In this document: in pieces, positions 12,176-22,360 of the stretch
Layout: the number at the start of each line of letters is the position of its first letter
Position numbering within the stretch: the first letter of the stretch is position 1
Assembly (NCBI GenBank): GCA_026770705.1
Contig: JANJGN010000150.1
Coordinates: forward strand, 372,001 to 436,000
Direction: 5' to 3'
From: Isurus oxyrinchus
Taxonomy: Eukaryota
Length of the DNA: 64,000 bases
The notes under the pieces: model-generated
The model's database searches: none
What the model was told of the DNA's origin: nothing
The model's input: only the letters and a program-made list of their open reading frames with translations
Translations under genes and position numbers: made by a program

Positions 12176-12390
12176 TTGCGTCAATATGAACACATATTTG
12201 CACAAGGTGAAGGGCGTTGCGGAGGGACTGATAGTTCTCGGCGCCAGACAGTCAATGTCCCAGTGACCTTACTGCTGGTCCCAGGCCAGTGGGACAGGGA
12301 ACATCGACACTGCAATATCCAGAAATGGGTGTGATACCACACAGCTACCCACCCGCGGCTGTCCCCTTCAAGTGTTTCAGGTATAAGAGC
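12176..12390 (+). promoter_or_regulatory. Hepcidin-like proximal promoter: C/EBP-ATF-like TTGCGTCA (12176), C/EBP TTGCACAA (12198), BMP-RE GGCGCC+AGAC (12240-12249), TGACCTT (12264), TATA box TATAAGA (12382)
   Basis: Motifs read directly, located 70-280 nt upstream of ATG 12459; same classes of elements known in vertebrate HAMP promoters. Confidence 0.65.
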
Positions 12391-12458
12391 AGGAAGCTCC
12401 TCTAGTTACAAACCAAAGCATCAAAGCAGAGCCAGAAGATCAGAAGAGACAGGCAGAG

Positions 12459-12550
12459 ATGGGAAGCTCCCAGATGAAATGGCGACTTGTCTTGTTCACT
12501 CTGACTTTGCTGCTCTCCCTGCAGCTGAGTCACTTCTTCTCCTTGTCGAG
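12459..12550 (+). CDS. HAMP: Hepcidin-like exon 1, signal peptide MGSSQMKWRLVLFTLTLLLSLQLSHF.. (donor GAG|GTTAAG; 92 nt, out of phase with exon 2 by 1 nt)
   Basis: ATG 77 nt after TATA; classic n-h-c signal peptide; the donor is phase 0 only in the alternative frame ...SLLLLVE. Confidence 0.75.
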
Positions 12551-12754
12551 GTTAAGCTAAGAGATGTCCCTCTGGGTGAGGTGTTTCTTGCACATGACTA
12601 TACGTCTACCACCCAGATAGACTGGTCTCTTCCGCAGTTTGATATTATTATGTTCGTGCCTTTAATATTGTCGCCCTCTATGAATTTAACATCATTTCCT
12701 TCTGTCGTTTCCCCTGAAATTCTCATTCTTGTTTTCAATCCCTCCTCAGCGACT

Positions 12755-14160
12755 CCCTATCTCTGTAACCTCCTCCAGCCCGTACAACCCTCCCTATCTC
12801 TGTAACCTCCTCCAGCCCCTACAACCCTCCCTATCTCTGTAACCTCCTCCAGCCCCTACAACCCTCCCTATCTCTGTAACCTCCTCCAGCCCCTACACCC
12901 CTCCCTATCTCTGTAACCTCCTCCAGCCCCTACAACCCTCCCTATCTCTGTAACGTCCACCAGGCCTTACAACCCTCCCTATCTCTGTAACCTCCTCCAG
13001 CCCCTACACCCCTCCCTATCTCTGTAACCTCCTCCAGCCGCTACAACCCTCCCTATCTCTGTAACTTCCTCCAGCCCCTACAACCCTCCCTATCTCTGTA
13101 ACCTCCTCCAGCCCGTACAACCCTCCCTATCTCTGTAACCTCCTCCAGCCCCTACAACCCTCCCTATCTCTGTAACCTCCTCCAGCCCCTACAACCCTCC
13201 CTATCTCTGTAACATCCTCCAGCCCCTACAACAATCCCTATCTCTGTAACATCCTACAGTCTCTACAACCCTCCCTATCTCTGTAACCTCCTCCAGTCCC
13301 TATAACCCTCCCTATCTCTGTAACCTCCTCCAGACCCGACAACCCTCCCTATCTATGTAACCTCCTACAGTCCCCACAACACTCCCTATCTCTGTAACCT
13401 CCCCCAGGCCCCACAACCCTCACGATCACTGTAACCTCCTCCAGACCCTACAACCCTCCCTATCTCTGCAAACTGCTCCAGACCCTACAACCCTCCCTAT
13501 CTCTGTAACCTGCTCCAGACACTACAACCCTCCCTATCTCTGTAACCTGCTCCAGACCCTACAACCCTCCCTATCTCTGTAAAATCCTCCAGGCCCCACA
13601 ACCCTCACAATCACTGTAACCTCCTCCAGCCCCTACAATCCTCCTGAACTCTATAAGCTCCTCTCCACACTATAACTCTCCCTATCTCTGTAACCTACTG
13701 TGGCCCCTACAGCAGTGTCTATTTTGGTAACCTCCTCCAGCCTCTACAACCCTCCCTACATCTGTAACCTCCTCCAGCCCCCACAACCACCCCATCTCTG
13801 TAACCTCCTACAGCCCCTACACACCTCCCTACCTCTGTAACCTCCTCCAGCCCCCACAACTCCCCCATCTCTGTAACCTCCTACAGCCTCTACAACCCTC
13901 CCTATCTCTGTAACTTCCTACAGCCCTTACAACCCTCCCTATCTCTGTAACCTCCTACAGCCTCTACAGCCCTCCCTATTTCTGTAACCTCCTCCAGCCC
14001 CTACAACCCTCCCTATCTCTGTAACCTCCTACAGCCTCTACAACCCTCTCTATCTCTGTAACTTCCTACAGCCCTTACAACCCTCCCTTTCTCTGTAACC
14101 TCCTACAGCCTCTACAGCCCTCCCTATCTCTGTAACCTCCTCCAGCCCCCACAACCCTAC
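12755..14160 (+). repeat. 37-bp minisatellite (CTCTGTAACCTCCTCCAGCCCCTACAACCCTCCCTAT), ~38 copies, in hepcidin intron 1
   Basis: Tandem units read directly; the unit is a piece of the L2 3' region. Confidence 0.95.
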
Positions 14161-14199
14161 CTAAATCACTGGTCTGAGTCTCACTCCAGGGAATTCAGT

Positions 14200-14782
14200 C
14201 CCATAATGTAGATCAACGCTCCGTGCTGAGGGAGTGCTGCACTCTCAGAGGGTCAGTAGTGTGGAAGTGTGCACTATTGGAGGGACAGTACTGAGGGAGT
14301 GCTATACTGTCGGAGGTCAGTACTGAGGGAGTGCTGCTGTGTCGAAGGGTTAGTACTGAAATAGAGCTGCACTGACGGAGGGACAGTACTGAGGGAGCGC
14401 AGCACTATCGAAGGGTTAATACTAAGGGAGTGCTGCAGTGTCAAAGGGTTAGTACTGAGGGAGCGCAACAATGTTGAATGAGACATTAAACTGAGTCCCC
14501 CGTCTGCCCTCTCGGGCGGGTGTGAAAGATCCCACAGCCACTATTTGGAGGAAGAGCAGGGGGTGTTCTCCCCGGTGTCCTGGGACCAATATTTATCCCT
14601 CACCCAACATCACCAAAAACAGATGATCTAGGCCATGATCACATTGCTATTTGTGGGATCTTGCTGTGCACAAATCAGCTGCCACATTTCCTACAGTGTG
14701 AGTGCACTTCAAAAACATCCTTCAGTGGCTGTGAAATGCTTTGGGATGTGGTGAAAGGCGTTAGAGAAATGCAAGTCTGTCT
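14200..14782 (+). mobile_element. Deu-domain SINE with internal 33-bp tandem amplification
   Basis: 33-bp units followed by TGAGACATTAAACTGAG..AAAGATCCCACAGCCACTATTT..GAAAGGCGTTAGAGAAATGCAAGTC tail. Confidence 0.85.
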
Positions 14783-14877
14783 TCCTCCCTCTCTCTCTCC
14801 TGTACCTCTCTCTCTCTCTCTCCCTCTCCCTCAATCCTCCTCTCACTTTCTCCCTGATAAATTCTTTCTTTTTGCAG

Positions 14878-14934
14878 GTTGACACTGCTTTAGGTTCTTC
14901 GACGATTGAGAAATCTGTGGATTCCCCGGACACG
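14878..14934 (+). CDS. HAMP: Hepcidin-like exon 2, propeptide VDTALGSSTIEKSVDSPDT (57 nt, phase 0-0)
   Basis: Long polypyrimidine tract and TTTGCAG acceptor, donor ACG|GTAGGT; size and phase match the HAMP middle exon; in frame with exon 3. Confidence 0.8.
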
Positions 14935-16208
14935 GTAGGTGGAAATTCATTCCTTATTTTAAGGTTTCTCCCTGCTCGTTTCTTCCACAGAAAGTTTTCT
15001 GATTTCAAGCTGATTTCAGTGGCAGTCTGTCTCGGTTATACTCAGGAGGCATGTTTGAAATCGAGCCCCCCCCGCCCCCACTTTTTTTGCAAAGCTGGGA
15101 AGAGGCAATTCCAAGGAAGTGAAAATATCCCCACAGGAATTTTAAATGTAACCCACGCCGGGAATAGTGAGAGGGAGACTGATCCAGCCTGGGAGTGGGT
15201 TAAAGAGAGGCTGGGAGTCGAGAGTCGGAGAGAGGGATGGAATGGGGGAGGGAGGGATTGGAAGAGAGAGACAGAGAGTGGGATGGGGAGGGGTGAAAGG
15301 GAAAGAACATAGGTGGGAGAGAGTGACAGAGGGAGAAATTAAAGAAGAGATGCAGAGTGAGGGAAAGTGAAAAGGGAAGAGAGATTGTCCAAGAGAGAGA
15401 AATTAACAGGAAAGGGAGAGTTACAGAGTGAGCGAAAGGTACAAAAATAGTGTGAGAGAGAGGGAGAGATACAGAGTGAGAGAATGAGACAGGGAGAGAG
15501 AGGGAGAGAGACAGGAAAAGGGAGAGAGGAGAGAAAGATTGGGAGAGAGGGCAATTGAGAGGAAGAGTAGGAGAGAGAGAGACAGGGAGAGGAGGAGTGG
15601 ATGAGAGGAAGAGAGATAGAGATATGGAGCAGGAGAACACCTCCTCCGGTCCCGATGTTCCTCCAAAATCTCTGAAATTCCTGCATCTCCCGGGTCCCCC
15701 TGATTCCCATCGCTCCACCATTGGTGGCCGTGCCTTCAGCTGCCTGGGGCCCTGAGCTCCGGAATACCCTCCCTTAACCTCTCTGCCTCTCTCTCTCTCT
15801 CTCCTTTAAGACGCTCCTTAAAAACTGACATCTTTGACCAAGCTTTTGGTCACCTATCCCTAATATCTCCATATGTGACTCAGTGTTAGACTTCTCTCTG
15901 ATTTACGCTCCGGTAATGTGGGCTGGGACATTTTGCAATGTCAGAGGCGCTGTGTAAATGCAAGTTGTGAGTGTTATGTGGAAGGGAGACCCCAGGCGGC
16001 AGTCAGTGCCAGAGACTGGAGTCATTGTGCGCAGACCATATCTAATCTCTCCGAATGCACAATCGGTTTGACTGTCAGCCAAAGCACTTTTGATATTTGA
16101 TCCTTCTAACTGTTTATAACCAGGCCTACATCATACACCGTGAGGCTGGTTAATCAACAGACACCTTAGAGGATCGAGTGAAAGACAAAGAGGACTTGCA
16201 TTTCTCTA

Positions 16209-16357
16209 TAAAAACAAAGAAAACTGCGGATGCTGGAAATCCAAAACAAAAACAGAATTACCTGAAAAAACTCAGCAGGTCTGGCAGCATCGGCAGAGAA
16301 GAAAAGAGTTGACGTTTCGAGTCCTCAGAAGGGTCATGAGGACTCGAAACGTCAACT
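16209..16357 (+). mobile_element. Penelope-derived short palindromic element with 14-bp target-site duplication
   Basis: CTTGCATTTCTCTA duplicated at 16195-16208 and 16358-16371; internal inverted repeat AAGAGTTGACGTTTCGAGTCCTCA / TGAGGACTCGAAACGTCAACTCTT. Confidence 0.75.
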
Positions 16358-16609
16358 CTTGCATTTCTCTAGCGCCTTCCAACACATCAGGACGTCCCAA
16401 ACTGTTTCGCAGACAATCAAGTGCTTTTTTTCTTTCATGTGAGGTCACTGATGTACTGTGGGAAAAGAATCAGCCATTGGCGCACTGTAAGATCCCACAG
16501 ACAGCAGCATGATAATGACCAGCGCGCTCCCAGTACTTGCACTGCAAGTGTCAGTTCAGGGTGTGTGCTCGATTCTCTGCAACTCTCAGCTCTGAGTTAA
16601 AAGGACCAC

Positions 16610-17245
16610 CAGGCGTAATTGAGAAATTACCGAGCTGTCGGAGGGTCAGTACCGGCGGGGGGGCAGGACAGTCGGAGGGTCAGTACTGAGGGGGTGCTGC
16701 ATTGTCAGACGGTCAGTCTTGGAGTGCTGCACTGTCAGAGGGTCAGTCCCGGCGGGGGACTGCACAGTCGGAGGGTCAGTACTGAGGGGGTGCTGCATTG
16801 TCAGACGGTCAGTACTGAGGGAGTGCTGCACAGTCGGAGGGTCAGTACTGAGGGGGTGCTGCACTGTTGAAGGCGCTGTCTTTCAGATGAGATGTTAAAC
16901 TGAGACAACATCTGCCCTCTCAGATGGATGTAGAGGATTCCATGGCCACAATTTAGATGAAGTGCGTCAGGAGTTGGGGGGTATGTGTGGAGGGGATGGT
17001 GGGGGCTGGATGGGGTGGAGTTATGTCCACTTTCCTGGGGCAAACATTTATCCCTCAACTGACATTGGTAAAAAACTGAAAATCGGGGCCATTATCACAT
17101 TTCTGTTTGTGGGATCTTGCTGTGCGTGAATTGCCTGCTGCGTTTCCTACATTACAGCGGTGAGCTCACTTCAGAAAAAGTCCTTCCTTCAGCTGTGGAA
17201 CACTTTGGGCCATCCTGAGGAGGGGAAAGGCGCTAGAGAAATGCG
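16610..17245 (+). mobile_element. Deu-domain SINE with 33-bp tandem array, hepcidin intron 2
   Basis: 33-bp units then GCTGTCTTTCAGATGAGATGTTAAACTGAG...TTGTGGGATCTTGCTGTGCG. Confidence 0.85.
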
Positions 17246-17333
17246 CCATCCTCCTTCCAATGACGCGCCTGATTGAAATGATGCCTTCTTTCTTTCCGGA
17301 ATGTTCTCACCTATTGTCCTCCTGCTTTTCCAG

Positions 17334-17450
17334 GGCTCCTTGCTGCAGCGCCAGAACAGAATGAGCAGACAGCAGCTCTGCAGATTCTGCTGTAACTGCT
17401 GTAATTGGAGAGAACCAAATGAGACTTGTGGTTTCTGCTGTAGATATTAG
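17334..17450 (+). CDS. HAMP: Hepcidin-like exon 3: GSLLQRQNR|MSRQQLCRFCCNCCNWREPNETCGFCCRY*
   Basis: Acceptor CTTTTCCAG; RxxR processing site followed by the hepcidin cysteine scaffold C-xx-CC-x-CC-loop-C-G-F-CC-R-Y; TAG 17448-17450. Confidence 0.93.
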   Translation, partial: GSLLQRQNRMSRQQLCRFCCNCCNWREPNETCGFCCRY

Positions 17451-17634
17451 ACCCTGGCCTCATTCACGCAAGGTCATCCTGCACCATGCCACAGCCTCTC
17501 CCCTCCTTATCTACTGCTTAGCAATCTATTTCACACAGGCCCTGTTCATTAATTCCAACTGAAACTTTACCTGCGTTTTACAGTGTGTTTATCCAGCTTC
17601 CCCTTAAATACATCGACACTATTCACCTCACGTG

Positions 17635-18025
17635 ACTGTGTTTGTGTCTGTCTTTATGAGCGTGTGTGTGTGACTGTCAATATGTGTGTGTCAATGTGAA
17701 TGTGTGTGATTGTGTCAGCGTGTGTGTGTGTATGTGTGACTGTCAGTGCGTGTCAATGTGAATGTGTGTGATTGTGTCAGCGTGTGTGTGTGTGTGTATG
17801 TGTGTGTGTGACTGTGTCAGTGTGTGTCAATGTGAATGAGTGAGTGTGTCAGTGTGTCTGTGTGGGTGTGTGTGACTGTGTCAGTGTGTGTCAATGTGAA
17901 TGAGTGAGTGTGTCAGTGTGTCTGTGTGGGTGTGTGTGACTGTGTCAGTGTGTGTCAATGTGAATGAGTGAGTGTGTCAGTGTGTCTGTGTGGGTGTGGG
18001 TGTGTGAGTGTGCAAGTGAATGTGT
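17635..18025. repeat. (GT)-rich compound microsatellite with ~64-bp repeats in putative HAMP 3' UTR
   Basis: Repeated TGTGTCAGTGTGTGTCAATGTGAATGAGTGAG blocks. Confidence 0.85.
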
Positions 18026-18223
18026 GAGGAATCTTATGACTAAGTCATTTGAATGGATGTTACTGGGGTTAATGATAGTTAAAATTCAGAGAGATGTAAA
18101 GCGGGCTCCTGATTTTGCTGCTTTATGCTCCCGGGCACAGATTCACCCCGACAATGTGTTCATGATTCACCATTATCTTGTCGGGACTTTAATTGTAAAT
18201 ATTGTGCTTTGTAAAAAAAAATG

Positions 18224-18229
18224 AATAAA
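18224..18229 (+). terminator. Candidate poly(A) signal AATAAA for hepcidin-like gene
   Basis: First AATAAA downstream of stop, followed by T/GT-rich sequence. Confidence 0.55.
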
Positions 18230-19864
18230 CAACTTTTGTCTTCACAAAGAGTCTGGCTTGGTATTTCAGGCTACTTGTCTCCCCCTCACCCTCCCCCCCC
18301 CACCATGCCCCCCACACCAGGGAACAATTGTCCCCCCTTCCTCTGAAGTTCTGGGTAAAGATCAGCTTTGTTCAATGCAAGCTGTTCCGACATCGAGAAC
18401 GTTGTTACAAATATCACACAAAGGCCACACGCCATGATAGCCCACTTTCAACAGATTTTACCAGTTGACCAGGTTGAAAACCTTTTCATAAACCACAACG
18501 TAGGTGTTCAATTCTTGCTGCTGTTTGCTTAATGCTCTCATAACTGCTATAACCTCTCTAGTTCCACTACATAACAACACAAACATAAATAAACAGAAGC
18601 AGGAGTAGGCCTTTTGGCCTCCCAAGCCAGCTTGTCCATTCAATTTGAACCTGGCTCCTGCTGAAAGTTATTTAAGTTGAAGCGATAAAGCCATCAGGTG
18701 CAAGGATTAAAATGTAAGCAAAGGAAAAATAATACTTAGACATGAGATTTAAAATCAGTTTCTGTGAAGAATCATACTGAGGCCATTGCTCTGGATTCCT
18801 TCTTTCCAGAGTGAAGGGTTTAAAACTAGGAGTCACATTCAGCAGCTGCGTTGTCTTCTCTAGTTGACTATTTGGAGGTTGCCTGTAGATGTGAATCAGC
18901 AGGTCAGCAGCTTTGGGGAGTCAGTGAAGGTCCCTTTTATTTACAGGATCTGCCACAGGGTGTGCAGGAATATTCCTGCTGAATTCTCCATCCTTGCATT
19001 CATGAAGGGTTTGAAACTGGAAGTCATATTCAGCAGCTGCAATGGCCTCTGTAGCCAACTGTCTGGAGGTTGCCTGTACAGGTGGACTCAGCAGGTCAAC
19101 AGCTTTGTAGGGCAGGGGGGTGCACGGGTAGTAAAGGTCTCTTTACTTTAAAGGCTCTGCCAGTGCAACACTTGATGATCCTGGGTCAAAATCATGTATC
19201 ACCCTCCCCAACAGCACTGTGGATGTGCCCGATGGAGGTTCCTTGGCTTCGACAAGCAGCCTACCAGCTCTACTCTCAATTCCTCTTCGCACTTGCTTCC
19301 TTCCTCCTCTGGTCTTTACTTTGTTATAGTGTTAGTGTCCGCTCTGCCTTTTTTGTTGCTTTCCCAATTCTTCCCACCAACTCTCTCTGGCTTGATCCTT
19401 CTCTGTGCTCATCTCATTGGTTTGGGTTTCTATCCGTTCATTGACCTGGTGTCATCTGAAACTGGTGCAATCAGGTAGGGGTGGGGGGGTTGGCGCTGGC
19501 CGTGGGTGGTGATACACGGCTACCTTTTTACCAAAATTCTTTCACGGGATGTGGACAGCGTTTGTTACCTGTTCCTGACTGAGCCCTGGAGAAGGGGGTG
19601 CTGAGCTGCCTTTTCGAAGTGCTGCAGTTCACCTGGTTTGACTGGTCTGTGGCGGGTTTTGATATAACTCAGTGGCTTGCTCGGCCATTTCAGGGGCCAG
19701 TTAAGAGTCAACCACATTGCTGTGGGTCAGGAGTCACACGTAGGCCAGAATGGGTAAGGACGGCAGGTTTCCTTCCCCAAAGGGCATTAGTGACCCAGAT
19801 GGGTTTTTGCAACAATTGGCCTTAGTTTCATGGTCACCATTACTGAGACTAGCTTCACATTCCA

Positions 19865-20945
19865 GATGTCACATCCAGTCGTGGACAATTAAACAACTCA
19901 CTGGAGGAGGAGGCTCCACAAATATCTCCATCCTCAATGATGGAGGAGCCCAGCACGCCAGTGCAAAAGACAAGACTGAAGCATGCGCAACAATCTTCAG
20001 CCAGAAGTGCTGAGTGGGTGATCCATCTCGGCCTCCTCCGGAGGTCCCCAGCATCAGAGATGCCAATCTTTAGCCAATTCGATTAATTCCACGTGATATC
20101 AAGAAAGGGCTGAAGGCACTGGATATTGTAAATGCTCCAGGCCCTGAAAATATTCTGGCAATAGTACTGAAGACTTGTGCTCCAGAACTTGCTGCGCCCC
20201 TAGCCAAGCTTTTCTGGAATTTTCTAGTACAGCTGCAACACTGGCAACTACCCGGCTATGGGGTACGTCCTGTACACAAAAAGCAGGACAAATCCAACCC
20301 AGCCAATTCCCCAGCAGTCTATTCTTGATCATTACTAAAGTGATGGAAGGGGTCATCAACAGCGCTTGCAAGCAGCACCTGCTTACCAAGAACCTGCTCA
20401 CTGACGCTCAGTTTGTGTTCCACCAGGATCATTCAGCTCCTGGCCTCATTACAGCCTTGGTTCAAACATGCACAAATGAGCTGAACTCCAGAGGTGAGAG
20501 GGACTGCCCTTGACATCAAGGCAGCATTTGACTGAGTGTGGCAAATCAAGGAGCCCGAGCAAAACTGGAGTCAATGGGAATCGGGGGAAAACTCTGTGCT
20601 GCTTGGAGTCATACCCAGCACAAAGGACGATGGTTGTGATTATTGGGGGTCAATCATCTCAGTTCCAGGACATCACTGCAGGAGTTGCTCAGGGTAGTGT
20701 CCTAGGCTCAAACATCTTCAACTGCTTCATCAATGTCCTTCCTTCCATCATAAGGTCAGAAGTGGGGATGTTTGCTGATGTTTGCACAATGTTCAGCATC
20801 ATTCATGGCTCCTCAGATACTGAAGCAAGTTATGTCCAAATGCAGCAAGACCTGGACAACATCCAGGCTTGGGCTGACAGGTGATAAGTAACATTCATGC
20901 CACACAAGTGCCAGGCAATGACCAGCTCCAACAAGAGAGAATCTC
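19865..20945 (+). mobile_element. CR1-clade LINE RT fragment (decayed)
   Basis: KVMEGVINS..HLLTKNLLTDAQF, AGVAQGSVLG..FNCFIN, MFADVCT (FADD), MQQDLDNIQAWADR. Confidence 0.85.
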
Positions 20946-21419
20946 ACTGAAGGTGCAGAAAATTTGGATTTATTTTAAAGAGCCAGCCAGGACCAGCAGC
21001 TAGGGTGACAAAGCGTACACAGACAATCACATCCTTACGTGAAAGCTAAAAACCTGTACAAAGGTTTCAGCTGTAAATTTGCAATGAGGAAATGGGAGAC
21101 ACACACACAAGGACACAGGGTGACTCAATCAAGAAATGGGGAAGGTTATTTCACACCGTCCATTGGCCTTGAACCACATCCAGTCAGCCTCCGGAAACCT
21201 TTTGTAGCGAACAAACATAGATTCTTTGCTGTCTCAAAAGGACAATAGCCAGTCTCTGCCCTGTAATTACTGTACAAGAACACAATTATCAACCCACCGG
21301 AGGGTCATTGTGCTGTGGCCTTTGTCTAACTAATACCATTACCTTGTAACTGAGAGTAAAAAATATATAAACTGTGCTCATTTGAACCTCGGTGGAGAAG
21401 CACCTGGACTGCCCAGGAA

Positions 21420-22360
21420 TGGCGGCTAAATGAGCTGCTGACACAAAGATAGGTTGGAAAGTAAATTGTGAAGAGGATGTAAAGTGGTTAGAAAGTGACA
21501 TCGATAGGTTAAGTGAGTGGGCAAAGATCTGACAAATGGTGTATAATGTGGGCGCAGGTGAAATTGTTCATTTTGTCAGAAAGAACAAGAAGGAAGATTA
21601 TTATCTAAAAGGTGAGAGATTGCAGAGCTCTGAGATGCAGAGGGATCTGGGTGTCCTCGTGCATGAATCACAAAAGGCTGGTTTGCAGATACAGCAGGTC
21701 ATGAGGAAAGCTAATGGGATGTTATAATTTACTGTGGGGGAATTGAATAGAAAAGTAGGGAGGTTACGTTCAGTTGTACAGGGCACTGGTGAGACCACAT
21801 CTGGAGTACTCTGTACAGTAAGGTCACCTTACTTAAAGAAAGATGTAAATGCATTAGAAGCAGTTCAGAGAAGGTTTACTAGACTAATACCAGGATTGGG
21901 CGGGTTGTCTTATGAGGTCAGGTTGGACAGATTAGGCTTGTATCCACTGGAGTTTAGAAGAGTAAGAGGCAACTTAATTAAAACCTTTAAGATCCAGGGG
22001 AGTCTTGACAGGGTGGATATGGAGAGGATGTTCCCTCTTGTGTGAGAATCTAGAACTAGGCGGTCATGGTTTAAAAATAAGGGGTCGCTCATTTAAGATA
22101 GAGATGAGGCGAAATCTTTTCTCTCAGAGGATAGTAAGTCTTTGGAACACTCTGCCTCAAAAGGCAGTGGAAACAGGGTCTTTGAATATTTTTAAGGCAG
22201 AGCTAGATAGATTCTTGATTAACAAGGGGGTGAAAGGTCATTGGGGGTAGACAGGAATGTGAGGTTGAGGTGACAATCAGATCAGCCATGATCTTACTGA
22301 ATGGCGGAGCAGGTTCGAGGGGCTGAGTGACCTACTCCTGATCCTAACTCAGATATCCAT
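21420..22360 (+). mobile_element. CR1 LINE 3' fragment
   Basis: QRDLGVLVHESQK, LEAVQRRFTRLIPG, FSQRIVSLWNTLP, CR1 3' tail. Confidence 0.9.

Noticed and set aside
12755-14160. Regular ~37-bp repeats resembling a CRISPR array
   Set aside because: Head-to-tail units without unique spacers, vertebrate context and no cas genes.
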